From the NCBI GenBank assembly GCA_964520615.1, contig CAZFNL010000011.1, positions 1,123 through 65,122 on the forward strand: a stretch of 64,000 nt of DNA. Direction: 5' to 3'. Positions 37,710 through 48,147 of the stretch are shown here, in pieces. This stretch comes from an uncultured Gammaproteobacteria bacterium (GTDB lineage Bacteria; Patescibacteriota; Microgenomatia; 2-02-FULL-39-11). Under the pieces are notes generated by a model, which did not search any database, was not told where the DNA came from, and worked only from the letters and a program-made list of their open reading frames with translations. Both the position numbers and the translations under genes were made by a program. Numbering within the stretch: position 1 is the stretch's first letter; each line of letters starts with the position of its first letter.

Positions 37710-39617
37710 CTAACTTACTACTTCTCCTTCCTGGACATCTTCCTTCTTGTCTTTTTTATCCTTTTTCTCTTCCCTTTCCTCTTTGTTATTTCCTGCCTGC
37801 TGTTGAGTTTGCTGAGATTGCTGTTGCTGCTGGTACATCGCCTGTCCGATTTTCTGCAGGGAATCGGAAAGATCTTTTGTCTTTGTCTCCAAATCTTCCT
37901 TGGTTCCTATCTCAAGAACAGATTTTAATGCCGAAATTTTTTCCTCAACTTCCTTTTTGACATCGGCGGCTACTTTATCGCCTGCATCTTTAAGCGACTT
38001 TTCAGCCACATATACCATATTGTCTGCCTTGTTGCGGGCTTCCACTTTGCCTTTTTTGGCCTCATCTTCTGCAGCATGAGCTTCAGCTTCCTTGGTCATT
38101 TTTTCAATTTCATCCTTTGAAAGCCCTGTTGAGCCAGTGATTTTGATACTCTGACTCTTGCCTGTTGCTTTATCTTTGGCTGAGACGCTCAATATGCCGT
38201 TTGCATCAATGTCAAAAGTGACTTCTACCTGTGGGATACCGCGCGGTGCAGGAGGTATGCCATCAAGTATAAACCGGCCCAATGATTTGTTGTCAGCAGC
38301 CATGGGCCTCTCCCCTTGAAGGACATTTATCTCTACAGATGTCTGGTTGTCTGCGGCTGTCGAAAATACCTCTGTTTTTGATGTCGGCACAGTTGTATTT
38401 CTAGTTATAAGAGGAGTCAGGACCCCTCCGTACGTCTCCACCCCCAGTGTCAGAGGCGTCACATCCAAAAGTACTACATCCCGCACTTCCCCTGTCAGGA
38501 CACCTGCCTGTACTGCAGCACCAATTGCTACGACTTCATCTGGATTGACAGTACGATTGGGATCTTTGCCGAAATACTCTTTTACTTTCTCAATGACTTT
38601 AGGCATTCTGGTCATTCCGCCAACCAAGACGATCTCATCAATCTTGTCTTTGGTTATCTTGGCATCCTTAAGACAAGATTCAACCGGACCGATAGTATTA
38701 TCAATCAAATCGCCTACTATTGATTCAAGTTTGGCTCGGGTCAGCTTATGCACAAGGTGTAAAGGTCCCTCCTTTCCCTGTGTTATAAACGGCAAGTTTA
38801 TCTCTGTTTCCAGACTGCTTGAAAGCTCTATTTTTGCTTTCTCAGCTGCGTCACGCAAACGTTGTAGTGCCTGGGGATCTTTTCTCAAATCCACACTGTT
38901 TTCTTTCTTGAATTCATCAGCCAGATATTCAAGGATTTTCTTATCGAAATCGTCTCCTCCCAGGTGGGTATCCCCATTGGTAGCCTTGACTTCATAAACA
39001 CCTTCACCCAATTCCAAAACTGATATATCAAAAGTTCCTCCGCCCAGATCGTAAACTGCCACAGTATGGGCATGCTTTTTGTCCAAACCGTAAGCAAGTG
39101 CAGCAGCTGTAGGCTCATTTAGAATTCTTTTAACTGTCAGACCAGCGATTTCCCCTGCCTGTTTGGTAGCTTGTCTTTGCGAATCATCAAAATATGCTGG
39201 AACTGTAATGACTGCTTCATTCACTTTTTCGCCTATATGGTTTTCCGCGTCTGTCTTTATCTTTTGCAGAATCATGGCCGAGATTTCCTGAGGAGTAAAA
39301 GTTTTACCATCAACCTCGACAACAGCCATTCCTTCACGGCCGCTTTTTATCGCATACGGAAGCCATTTGATGTCATACTGGACTGACTTATCTGAAAATT
39401 TGCGACCCATCAATCTTTTCACTGAAAAGATTGTCGATTTGGGGTTTATCACCATCTGGCGTTTAGCCACGTCCCCGACTATTCTCTTTATGGGATCAAC
39501 CACCGAAGGGATGACATTTCTCCCTTCAGCGGAATTTATCACTTTAGGGGAACCACCCTCCATAACTGCTACACATGAATTTGTAGTACCCAAATCTATA
39601 CCGATAATTTTTGCCAT
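37710..39617 (-). CDS. dnaK: Chaperone DnaK (Hsp70)
   Basis: [25 protein letters not shown], and full-length Hsp70 architecture with a C-terminal lid. Confidence 0.95.
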   Translation of the reverse strand: MAKIIGIDLGTTNSCVAVMEGGSPKVINSAEGRNVIPSVVDPIKRIVGDVAKRQMVINPKSTIFSVKRLMGRKFSDKSVQYDIKWLPYAIKSGREGMAVVEVDGKTFTPQEISAMILQKIKTDAENHIGEKVNEAVITVPAYFDDSQRQATKQAGEIAGLTVKRILNEPTAAALAYGLDKKHAHTVAVYDLGGGTFDISVLELGEGVYEVKATNGDTHLGGDDFDKKILEYLADEFKKENSVDLRKDPQALQRLRDAAEKAKIELSSSLETEINLPFITQGKEGPLHLVHKLTRAKLESIVGDLIDNTIGPVESCLKDAKITKDKIDEIVLVGGMTRMPKVIEKVKEYFGKDPNRTVNPDEVVAIGAAVQAGVLTGEVRDVVLLDVTPLTLGVETYGGVLTPLITRNTTVPTSKTEVFSTAADNQTSVEINVLQGERPMAADNKSLGRFILDGIPPAPRGIPQVEVTFDIDANGILSVSAKDKATGKSQSIKITGSTGLSKDEIEKMTKEAEAHAAEDEAKKGKVEARNKADNMVYVAEKSLKDAGDKVAADVKKEVEEKISALKSVLEIGTKEDLETKTKDLSDSLQKIGQAMYQQQQQSQQTQQQAGNNKEEREEKKDKKDKKEDVQEGEVVS

Positions 39618-39671
39618 ATAGCCTCCTTTTATTCAAATAACAATTAACAAATAAAAGACAACAATAATATT

Positions 39672-40178
39672 TTATTTTACATTTTTGTTTTCTATTATTT
39701 GCTCCTTGTTCTCTGTTTTTCTCCCAACTTTGACTTTTGCCACCCTGATAACTTTGTCTCCCAATTTATATCCCGGCAGCAATTCCTCAATCACATTATC
39801 ATCTTTACCGTCTCCTACCACTTCTACACACTCCATTTCATTGGGATCAAATCTTTTTCCTTTTGTCTCAAGCCTTCTTACGCCCTTTCCAGAAAGCACG
39901 TTCCAGAAACTTTTCAATCCCAAAGTCAACCCCTGATCGTTTATATGTTTTTCAGCCTTCTCCAGTACATCTATAACCGGTAGAAATTCTACTATGACAC
40001 TTTCCAATGCATTTTGCATCATGTCCTGACGCATCTGTGTCACCCTTTTTTCCAAATTCTGGTAATCAGCCAAGGCTCTTAAATACTTAGCTTTCCATTC
40101 CTCCGCTTCTTTTTTTATCTTATCGTCTGCCGCGGATGGATGCACACTCAATGGCTGGTTATCAGTCTTCTTATTCAT
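39672..40178 (-). CDS. grpE: Nucleotide exchange factor GrpE
   Basis: Coiled-coil N-terminus and a GrpE C-terminal beta domain. Position is between hrcA and dnaK. Confidence 0.8.
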   Translation of the reverse strand: MNKKTDNQPLSVHPSAADDKIKKEAEEWKAKYLRALADYQNLEKRVTQMRQDMMQNALESVIVEFLPVIDVLEKAEKHINDQGLTLGLKSFWNVLSGKGVRRLETKGKRFDPNEMECVEVVGDGKDDNVIEELLPGYKLGDKVIRVAKVKVGRKTENKEQIIENKNVK

Positions 40179-40196
40179 CTCTCAATTTTTGGAAAA

Positions 40197-40934
40197 TTAC
40201 CAATTTGGAGCAACTTCTTTTATAAGCTGACCCATATACCGCACCATAGGAACAATCCGTGGGTAATTCAACCGGGATGGACCAACCACCCCAATTGCTC
40301 CCTGGTGTGAAGGGGAAACAAACCTTATGAAAACCCCACCGCATTGACTAAGTATCCTACTACCTGACGCTTCGCCAAGAAATACAGTCACCGGATCTTC
40401 CCCAGACTCCAGACGGGAAAATATATTCCACCAATAGCTGTATTCATCCAATGTGTTTAACAGATGTTTGGTCATATCTATATCAAAAAATTCAGGCATA
40501 TCAAGAATATTACTGACGCCTGCAGCATAGATATCCCCTTCATCAGTGGCAGCCAGTGACATCGTCTTTGTCTGTTCAGCCAGTTCCCGTGTGGCTTCCC
40601 TCAGAAGCTTTTCCATACGGTTGCGGTATTCCCAAATATCCTGCTTGACTTTCACTTCTTCCGCTACAGACAGATCGTGAGGTTTCATAAGATTATTCAC
40701 ATAAAGCTTCAAGGCAACGGGCGTAGGAGTTCTTCCAGCTGAAGTATGAAGCTGTTTCAGATATCCTATCTGGGTAAGCCTGACCATTTCGTTTCTTATC
40801 GTGGCCGGAGAAATGCCCAAATTGTACTTTTTATCCAAAGTCTCGGAACCTACCGGTTCGGCGGTATTTATATATTCCTCAATTATGACTTTCAATATTT
40901 GTGTCTGCCTATCCGTCAAATCACTCATTTTCAA
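40197..40934 (-). CDS. hrcA: Heat-inducible transcription repressor HrcA (short form)
   Basis: N-terminal winged HTH (RQTQILKVIIEEYINTAEPVGSETL...ISPATIRNEMVRL). First gene of the dnaK operon, with a CIRCE element upstream. Confidence 0.75.
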   Translation of the reverse strand: MKMSDLTDRQTQILKVIIEEYINTAEPVGSETLDKKYNLGISPATIRNEMVRLTQIGYLKQLHTSAGRTPTPVALKLYVNNLMKPHDLSVAEEVKVKQDIWEYRNRMEKLLREATRELAEQTKTMSLAATDEGDIYAAGVSNILDMPEFFDIDMTKHLLNTLDEYSYWWNIFSRLESGEDPVTVFLGEASGSRILSQCGGVFIRFVSPSHQGAIGVVGPSRLNYPRIVPMVRYMGQLIKEVAPNW

Positions 40935-40960
40935 AAATTAATTTTATAATGTTTTTCCGG

Positions 40961-40987
40961 TTAGCACTAAGATAACATGACTGCTAA
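40961..40987. promoter_or_regulatory. CIRCE operator (HrcA binding site)
   Basis: TTAGCACTA-N9-GACTGCTAA versus the consensus TTAGCACTC-N9-GAGTGCTAA. Sits in the divergent intergenic region 26 nt upstream of the hrcA start. Confidence 0.75.
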
Positions 40988-41042
40988 AGTTTGTCAAGTT
41001 TAATTATTTGCAGTATATTTTCAACATGATACTATAAAATTA

Positions 41043-42986
41043 ATGCGTAAGAATTTAATTTATATAATTCTGGCAACTATTTCCTTACCTTTAATCATTT
41101 TTGCCGGAAACCAGATTGTAGAACTTATCAGCCGTGCGGCTCCCCAACCAGCAAAAATCATTATTGACACCAAAAACAACACTGGAGTCCTAAATCCCTC
41201 ATGGGAAGCCTTTGCCCAGGGAGGAGAAGAACCACCACCAATGCTCACACGCATAGTGACGCAACTGCGAACATTAAAACCAAGATATGTCAGACTTGAC
41301 CATATATATGACTCTTATTCCATAGTACAAAAAAACGGCAATAATTTTGTTTATGATTTCTCACGTCTGGACCAAACAGTCAATGATATTCTGGATGCTG
41401 GAGCGCTGCCTTTTTTCAGTCTTTCATATATGCCACGCGAGCTTACCGGAACAGATTCCGTCATAGATACACCGGTAAACTGGGATGATTGGAAAAACCT
41501 GGTACAAGCAACAGTTGAACACTATAGCGGCAAGAAATTCCGTAATCTCAATAATGTTTATTATGAAGTCTGGAATGAACCTGAGTTGCCACAGTTTGGC
41601 AATTGGTCATTGTCTGGCAACAAGGACTACAGAATGCTTTATTATTATGCCCAGGCTGGAGCTGCTTTGGCCCAGGATGTCAATAAATTTTATATTGGCG
41701 GACCGGCTGTGGGATCTTATTACCCCAGCTGGGTAAACAGCTTTCTCTCTTATATCAGCCAAAACAACCTACGTCTGGATTTTTACTCCTGGCACAGGTA
41801 TACAAAAAGACCTTCTGATTACGTCTCAGATATCAAAAACACCAGAAACAAGCTTTCAAATTTTCCCAAATATAAAGATATTCCCCTTATCTTATCAGAA
41901 TGGGGACTTGACTCCGCCAATAGTGAAATGAATAATTCCGATGCGACAGCCGCATTTACTGTAAATACCATTGCAGAAATCGGAGACAAGGTAGATTTGG
42001 CGTTTGCTTTTGAGATAAAGGACGGCCCTCCACCTGGTGGCGGCAAGTGGGGTCTTATCACACATGAAAATGGTAATCCTCCTCTTTCACCCAAACCGCG
42101 ATTTAGAGCTTTTGAAGCTCTAGCCGATCTGGATAGAGGCAATAAAATCTATATCTCAGGACAAGGTACTTTCGTCAAGGCTATTGCCACCAATGACGCT
42201 AACACAATTAGGGTCCTTCTTAGTAATTATGATCTAACCAACAATAATACAGAAAATGTTCCTGTCACTTTCACCGGCCTTTCACCCTCATCCTATAATC
42301 TCAAGTACAAATATCCCTTAACACAATCAGATGGAAATTATGAAATCACTTCAACCACTGGCGCAATCACCAAAAACATCCCTATGCCTCCCAATTCCAT
42401 CGTCTATCTGGAATTATCCCCTGTCTCCCCATTGGCCACTTTTATTCCCGGGGCAAGTGGCAAATCTGAGGATGAAGCATTGGTACTTCAGAAAAATTCC
42501 GATCCGCTAGTCTTCAGTTCACCAGAATTTCATCTCTTACCATCCGGAAAAATCAGTTTTTATATAAAACCCCTGTGGGATAAAAATGATACTGACCCCA
42601 AAATCATTTTTGAAGCGCCTTTTGCTACCGAAAGCGGGGCTCTGCAGAAAATATTTTTGAGAAAAGAATCTTCCCCTTCATCCTCACAGCTGACGTTTGG
42701 TATAGAGAACACATCTTCCTTATCCTCAAATCCAACAATTGTGACGCTACCTGCCTATACTCTTCAAGATGGCAGCTGGCATAGGATTACGGTTGGTTGG
42801 GATCCCAATCAAATCTATATGTTTCTTGACGACACTGAAAAAGCACAGCTTCCGGTCACAATCGATATTCGCAATGGCAGAATTGTCACTTTTTATCCGG
42901 TAAACGATGCTATTGACAATCTCTCAATTGTGCTTGGCAAAGAGCAGCTTATTGGTAGAACATTTGACGGAAGAGTAGACAGATAA
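41043..42986 (+). CDS. Secreted glycoside hydrolase (clan GH-A, GH39/GH5-like) with C-terminal concanavalin-A/LamG-like domain
   Basis: Signal peptide, YEVWNEPEL (catalytic acid/base NEP motif) and SEWG (nucleophile region). C-terminal domain ~200 aa (SWHRITVGWDPNQIYMFLDD). Confidence 0.6.
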   Translation: MRKNLIYIILATISLPLIIFAGNQIVELISRAAPQPAKIIIDTKNNTGVLNPSWEAFAQGGEEPPPMLTRIVTQLRTLKPRYVRLDHIYDSYSIVQKNGNNFVYDFSRLDQTVNDILDAGALPFFSLSYMPRELTGTDSVIDTPVNWDDWKNLVQATVEHYSGKKFRNLNNVYYEVWNEPELPQFGNWSLSGNKDYRMLYYYAQAGAALAQDVNKFYIGGPAVGSYYPSWVNSFLSYISQNNLRLDFYSWHRYTKRPSDYVSDIKNTRNKLSNFPKYKDIPLILSEWGLDSANSEMNNSDATAAFTVNTIAEIGDKVDLAFAFEIKDGPPPGGGKWGLITHENGNPPLSPKPRFRAFEALADLDRGNKIYISGQGTFVKAIATNDANTIRVLLSNYDLTNNNTENVPVTFTGLSPSSYNLKYKYPLTQSDGNYEITSTTGAITKNIPMPPNSIVYLELSPVSPLATFIPGASGKSEDEALVLQKNSDPLVFSSPEFHLLPSGKISFYIKPLWDKNDTDPKIIFEAPFATESGALQKIFLRKESSPSSSQLTFGIENTSSLSSNPTIVTLPAYTLQDGSWHRITVGWDPNQIYMFLDDTEKAQLPVTIDIRNGRIVTFYPVNDAIDNLSIVLGKEQLIGRTFDGRVDR

Positions 42987-43062
42987 ACTTCGGCTCTCTC
43001 CTGTATTGGTAAACCAACAGCATATCGTACGGACTTTTGACGGGAAAGTAGACAGATAAATA

Positions 43063-44727
43063 TCAGACGTTTGACTCTTGTACGTTTACAACTTCCTGGG
43101 TAGTATCAATCATCACTCCTTTTCTGAATTCCTTAGCCCTCTTTATCATTTTGTAAAAGACGCTGATTTGGGGCACCTCCAGAAACCAGGAAAGGAAAAG
43201 GTATACAGACATGCCAGCAAGAGTGGCAATTCCTGTCAGAAATAGAAGATTGATTGTTTTTGTCGTATCAAAGACCAGCTGATCCAAAAGCTTCATGGGG
43301 ATATACAACACTACTCCTGTTACAATTCCGGAGAGAAATATTTTTATCGCGGGCAGAATAAATTCTACTTTTGCGAAGCTTCCCACTTTTCTATCCAAGA
43401 AAAAAGTCAGAAGAATTATCTGGGCAATACTGGCAATGGAAGTAGACAATCCCAAAGACCAAACATCCATATGAAGATGGAGGACAAAGATAAGTGATAA
43501 TACCGTATTTAAACCAACCGATACCGCTCCTATAACAACAGGAGTTTTTGTATCATGAAGAGCGTAAAATGCCCGGGCTAAAAGCTGTATGAGTGATTGG
43601 GCGAAAAGGGAGATGCTGAAATATGCAAGAGTCTTTCCCGTAATGACTGTGCTATTCCAATCAAATAAAGTAGAAGCCCCGAAGACAAGTCTGACCATAG
43701 GGATACGTAAAACTATAAGAATTGCCGAAATAGGAATAACCAGAAAAAGAATCTGGTGAAAAGCCGCAAGAAAAGTATTTTTGAATTCATCCATATTCTT
43801 CTTGGCATATAAAGATGAAAGGGATGGCAAAGTCGCCTGAGCAATACTGGCACCAAAAAGTCCAATTGGAACCTGTTGCAAATGCTGGGCAAAATTAAAA
43901 ACCGTAACTGAAGCTGCTCCCAAAAGTGTTGATAGGATTAGATCAACAGTAGCATCAATCTGGGAAACTGCTAATCCCAAAGTTCGGGGCAACATCAGTT
44001 TTCCCACCTCGCGGGTACCGGGGTTTGAAAGTGAAAGACTCCAATGATGCTTATATCCAAGTGATAAAACAAGCGGCACCTGTATAACGGTAAACAACAC
44101 TGCACCAATCACAACTCCAATTACCGGAGCATAAAGGCCTAAAAATGGCGTCAGGAAGATGATACCTAAAATTATTCCTACGTTGTAAACCACAGGCGCT
44201 AGTGATGGGATTATAAAATTCCTAAATGACTCTAGAATTCCCGTAAAAAAGTTGCCTATGATAAGCGGAAAAACCTGGGCTAAAATCATGATTTGAGTAA
44301 ACGAGGCCATGAGCGTTATTTCATGTTCGTCAAACCCTGGAGCCAGCAACATGGAAGTCTGCCGGGCAAAAAATACGACCGGAAGGGAAAAGATTACGAA
44401 AATCACCATCCCCACATTTATAAGAGACGCAGCCATTTTGAAGGCTGCTTCCTTTCCCTTATTGTCCAGATGATCGGTAAAAACAGGTATAAAAGCTGTC
44501 GCCAGAACCCCCATCACCAGAAGCTCAAAAATCATATTTGGGAGCCTGAATGCGGCATAGTATATGCCTAAATCCGACGGAGTAAACCTTGCCGCCAGAA
44601 GTCTGTCTCTAAATAATCCCAGCACTCTTGAAAACGCTACCGTCACCATGATGATTGAGGCGGCAGAAAAAACACTATTTTGCCGGTGTGTTAAAATACG
44701 CAGAGTGTGTTTAAATAGCTTGACCAT
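43063..44727 (-). CDS. murJ: Lipid II flippase MurJ (MviN)
   Basis: 14-TM MOP-superfamily profile. Contains the conserved LPRTLGLAVSQIDATVDLILSTLLG segment. Confidence 0.8.
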   Translation of the reverse strand: MVKLFKHTLRILTHRQNSVFSAASIIMVTVAFSRVLGLFRDRLLAARFTPSDLGIYYAAFRLPNMIFELLVMGVLATAFIPVFTDHLDNKGKEAAFKMAASLINVGMVIFVIFSLPVVFFARQTSMLLAPGFDEHEITLMASFTQIMILAQVFPLIIGNFFTGILESFRNFIIPSLAPVVYNVGIILGIIFLTPFLGLYAPVIGVVIGAVLFTVIQVPLVLSLGYKHHWSLSLSNPGTREVGKLMLPRTLGLAVSQIDATVDLILSTLLGAASVTVFNFAQHLQQVPIGLFGASIAQATLPSLSSLYAKKNMDEFKNTFLAAFHQILFLVIPISAILIVLRIPMVRLVFGASTLFDWNSTVITGKTLAYFSISLFAQSLIQLLARAFYALHDTKTPVVIGAVSVGLNTVLSLIFVLHLHMDVWSLGLSTSIASIAQIILLTFFLDRKVGSFAKVEFILPAIKIFLSGIVTGVVLYIPMKLLDQLVFDTTKTINLLFLTGIATLAGMSVYLFLSWFLEVPQISVFYKMIKRAKEFRKGVMIDTTQEVVNVQESNV

Positions 44728-44828
44728 AAGCCCAGTCTTTAGTATACTATTACAACGTCAGTTAATAAATGATTTGAAGATTAGTTCATTGTAATCTCGA
44801 TTTACTAGTTATTTGACACCATAAATCT

Positions 44829-45137
44829 ATGCCTATCATAAAAAGCGCCAAAAAGAAACTTCGCCAGGATAAAATAAGGACAAAACAAAACTTGCTGGTA
44901 AAAAAGGCTGTCAAAGCGGCTATTTCAGTTTTCAAGAAAAAACCGACACCAAAAATGATGGAAAAAGTTTACAGTCTTTTGGATAATGCCGTGAAGAAAA
45001 ATATATTCCATAAAAACAAATCAGCCAGGCTGAAATCAAACCTTTCCAGACTTTTAGGGAAAAAGCCATCACCGCAAAAGACCCAAGAACCAAAATCGTC
45101 TGCCAAAAAAGCCAAAAGCAAAAAATCCTCAAGCTAA
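44829..45137 (+). CDS. rpsT: 30S ribosomal protein S20 with Lys-rich C-terminal extension
   Basis: MPIIKSAKKKLRQDKIRTKQN N-terminus typical of bS20. Confidence 0.75.
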   Translation: MPIIKSAKKKLRQDKIRTKQNLLVKKAVKAAISVFKKKPTPKMMEKVYSLLDNAVKKNIFHKNKSARLKSNLSRLLGKKPSPQKTQEPKSSAKKAKSKKSSS

Positions 45138-45281
45138 TTCACATATATTTATCTCCAACCTTTTTTACAAAACGATTTTATAGTGCTGGTTAGAATTCCG
45201 TTGTATAATAAATTGAATAATAACGCGGATTCCCAAAAAGGTTTGCCGCGGGTTATTGTAATTGAATAAGACTTAAAACCT

Positions 45282-45839
45282 ATGCCTGCCGCCAAAAAAA
45301 AAGTAAACATTAACCTGATTGTAAAAGAAGATATAGATGAGTCATTCTCCGGCCAAGCCTTATCCTGGGCACTCACTTATGGACGTTATATCATAATCAT
45401 CACCCAAATAGTCGTCTTGTCAGTTTTTTTTCTGCGTTTCAAACTTGACCGCGACCATACCGATTTGAAAGATTCCGTTTCACAAAAACAAGCATTGGTG
45501 GAATCAATCTCTGATCTTGAGGGCAATATTAGACAAGTGCAGGCTAAATTAGCTTATATAGGTCAGGTGACGAATAATCAGGATGCTATCCTAAAAGTTA
45601 TCAGGTTTTTGCAAAACCTGACACCATCTGATACCGTCTACTCGACCCTTTCAATAAACGCTACTAGCCTCAGTCTTAACGCCACATCCGGCAATTTGCG
45701 AAGTTTCAACTTTTTCCTACGGCAACTACAACAGGACAATAAACTGACTGAGGTCACCCTGAATGATATCCAGCGACAACCTGACGGAAGAATATCGTTC
45801 AAGATTAGTGCAAGTGTTAATTTGAATAAATTCAAGTAA
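45282..45839 (+). CDS. PilN-like type IV pilus assembly protein
   Basis: KVNINLIVKE (INLLP-like) N-terminus, a single TM, a coiled coil, and a C-terminal alpha/beta domain. Confidence 0.55.
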   Translation: MPAAKKKVNINLIVKEDIDESFSGQALSWALTYGRYIIIITQIVVLSVFFLRFKLDRDHTDLKDSVSQKQALVESISDLEGNIRQVQAKLAYIGQVTNNQDAILKVIRFLQNLTPSDTVYSTLSINATSLSLNATSGNLRSFNFFLRQLQQDNKLTEVTLNDIQRQPDGRISFKISASVNLNKFK

Positions 45840-45916
45840 ATTGTATATGCTAGAACCTGACGGAAGAATATCGTTCAAGATTAGTGCAAGTGTGAATATA
45901 AATAAGTTTAGATAAC
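45778..45916. repeat. Tandem duplication of the last ~60 nt of the PilN-like gene
   Basis: AACCTGACGGAAGAATATCGTTCAAGATTAGTGCAAGTGT occurs at 45778-45817 and again at 45854-45893. Each copy is followed by a diverged tail encoding VNLNKFK* and VNINKFR*. Confidence 0.6.
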
Positions 45917-45922
45917 AAAATT

Positions 45923-46537
45923 ATGGTCAAAAGACCGACATTTTATCATCCTACTTTCGGAGCAGCCTACCAAAGGTTCATGCCCATCATAAAAAGCAAA
46001 AAGTCAAAATCATACCTTACGTTAACTTTGACTTTCATATCTCTTTCGATATTCGGGCTTTTTGCCATACGGCCCACTCTTATTACTGCTATTTCTCTTT
46101 ATAAGGATGTTGGCGACCTACAGGCTCTCAATATCCAATACGAAAATAAGATTGGCAGCCTCATAAGAGCCCAATCATCTTATGAACAGATAAGGGATGA
46201 CCTACCTCTAATCGATACAGCTATCCCAACAAATACCGATTTCAGCAAGCTTGCCAGATCAATAGAAAATTTTGCAAATAAGGAAAACCTTATCATAAAC
46301 CAAATGCAAATTGACAATGTCTCAATTTCCCATCTGCCGTCAACCGGAAAGCTGAACAACTACGGATTTAATATGATCGCCACAGGAGATTTTAACTCTA
46401 TTACTAATTTCCTGACTCATCTTATAAACTGGAGAAGGATAGTAAATATCAACTCTTTAGAACTGTCACACGAAGGAGGCACGCAAAGTGCCAACTTGAG
46501 GATGCAAATCAGAGCCACCACTTACTATGAACCGTAA
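45923..46537 (+). CDS. PilO-like pilus assembly protein
   Basis: Short cytoplasmic N-terminus, a TM (LTLTFISLSIFGLFAI), and a coiled coil plus periplasmic domain. Located after the pilN-like gene. Confidence 0.45.
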   Translation: MVKRPTFYHPTFGAAYQRFMPIIKSKKSKSYLTLTLTFISLSIFGLFAIRPTLITAISLYKDVGDLQALNIQYENKIGSLIRAQSSYEQIRDDLPLIDTAIPTNTDFSKLARSIENFANKENLIINQMQIDNVSISHLPSTGKLNNYGFNMIATGDFNSITNFLTHLINWRRIVNINSLELSHEGGTQSANLRMQIRATTYYEP

Positions 46538-46715
46538 AGAAATTATGATCATGGCTTTAATAATTTTGCTGACTGTAGCAGCATGGATTGTCTTTGGCGT
46601 ATATCATGCCAAAACAGAGTCCAGCATTTCCCAACAGGATTTGCGTCAAGTTGAGCCGTTGACACCAACTTTTGACAATGACATAATCAAAAAACTTAGA
46701 AGCCGAGAGGAATAA
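46527..46715 (+). CDS. Small single-TM protein, hypothetical (pilus-operon member)
   Basis: 62 aa with one TM. Overlaps the pilO-like stop and abuts the next gene. Confidence 0.35.
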   Translation: MNRKEIMIMALIILLTVAAWIVFGVYHAKTESSISQQDLRQVEPLTPTFDNDIIKKLRSREE

Positions 46716-48146
46716 ATGTATAGAAAGGAAAAACGCATACCTACCATTTTGGCTCTTTTCATACTTTTTGCCGGTATCGGCAGTACTCTCTTTTTTGATA
46801 GATCAGCTCACATATTTACCTCCTCAGCCAAAAATCCAATCTTTCCACAAGAGGTACACATAAGCAATATTTCAGAAAATTCTTTTACCGTTTCATGGCT
46901 TACTTCCACTCCGGTTACCGCCATAGCAAAAATCACCGGAAATAATATCACACCAATAACTCTTATAGACGACCTTGACAATGACAACATACAAAGACCA
47001 AGAACAACCCACTATATTACTTTCAGAAACCTCAATCCAGATACGGCATATACAGTCCAGATATTTGATAACAATACTAACTGTCCAAACAGCATTTACT
47101 GCCCGACAATAAAACAGAAAACTGGTACCAAGATCCCAACTGCCCCTTCTCTACCTCCAGCAAAAGGAAAGATTATCGACATTACGGGAAAAGCGGCTGA
47201 TGGAGCAATTGTCTATCTTACTCTTGGAAAGAGTGCGCTTTTATCCGGCAGAAGTGACAGTTTGGGATTTTGGGTCATACCTCTGAACAACATCAGAAGT
47301 CAAGACCTTTTAAGCCGCATAGAAATTGCAGATAGCGATCTACTGCAAATTTCAGCATACGTTGCGCCACAGCAGACAACTTCAGGCGTAGTCGACGTCC
47401 TTTCAATAAGACAAAACCTCCAGATACCGGACATGATTGTGGGAAACAATTATAATTTTATTAACCTTATCAGTAAAAGAGATCTGCTGGCCCAAATAAA
47501 TGACCAGAAAATTCTTGGCGCACAAACAAAAGCAAATAGTGAAAAAATTCCAGGCTCTTTGGTGGGCGCAAGCAGTATTGGTGGTTATAACCTGATTTTT
47601 CCCTCTTCAAACGGAGACTACACAAGTGATACACAACCAAGATTTAGAGGGATTGGACCTAAAGGAAAACAAATCTTAGTTACTGTCCGTTCATCACCCC
47701 AATCAGCCAAAGTGACTGTGGACCAAAGCGGCAACTGGTATTGGCGGCCGCCTCAGGCGCTTTCTCCTGGAACCCATTACATCAGTATCCAGGGGTATGA
47801 CGAATATGGCAACCCGGTAAAAATAACAAGGGAATTTATAGTCTTTAAGAGTGGAGAACAAGTCTTGGGGGAAGCAACAGCTTCTGCCACTCTAACTCCT
47901 TCTCCCACTTTTACTCCAACTCCAATTCCAACAAATATTCCAACCCCTTTACCTACCAGCACACCAGTGCCAACACCTATAAACTCGCCAATACCCAGCC
48001 CGACATCTGCTCCGACAATCGCTTATATTTCACCTACACTTGCACAAAACCCTCCGCGTACCGGATCATACCAGACCACTGTGGCTTTATTAGGAGGAGG
48101 TGCAGCTCTTCTTCTTGCAGGCATCAAACTCTTTACTTCTCTATAA
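46716..48146 (+). CDS. Surface protein with Fn3-like and Ig-like domains, Pro/Thr linker and C-terminal anchor (candidate sortase substrate)
   Basis: Signal anchor, Fn3-like region (ENSFTVSWLTSTPVTA), an Ig-like domain, and a PT-rich linker (PTPIPTNIPTPLPTSTPVPTP). C-terminus has NPPRTGSYQTT followed by a hydrophobic tail. Confidence 0.5.
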   Translation: MYRKEKRIPTILALFILFAGIGSTLFFDRSAHIFTSSAKNPIFPQEVHISNISENSFTVSWLTSTPVTAIAKITGNNITPITLIDDLDNDNIQRPRTTHYITFRNLNPDTAYTVQIFDNNTNCPNSIYCPTIKQKTGTKIPTAPSLPPAKGKIIDITGKAADGAIVYLTLGKSALLSGRSDSLGFWVIPLNNIRSQDLLSRIEIADSDLLQISAYVAPQQTTSGVVDVLSIRQNLQIPDMIVGNNYNFINLISKRDLLAQINDQKILGAQTKANSEKIPGSLVGASSIGGYNLIFPSSNGDYTSDTQPRFRGIGPKGKQILVTVRSSPQSAKVTVDQSGNWYWRPPQALSPGTHYISIQGYDEYGNPVKITREFIVFKSGEQVLGEATASATLTPSPTFTPTPIPTNIPTPLPTSTPVPTPINSPIPSPTSAPTIAYISPTLAQNPPRTGSYQTTVALLGGGAALLLAGIKLFTSL

Positions 48147-48147
48147 T

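Noticed and set aside
38347-38997. 216-aa plus-strand ORF inside dnaK
   Set aside because: Antisense to a highly conserved, clearly real dnaK gene. Its translation is Ser/Thr/Pro-rich with no motifs.
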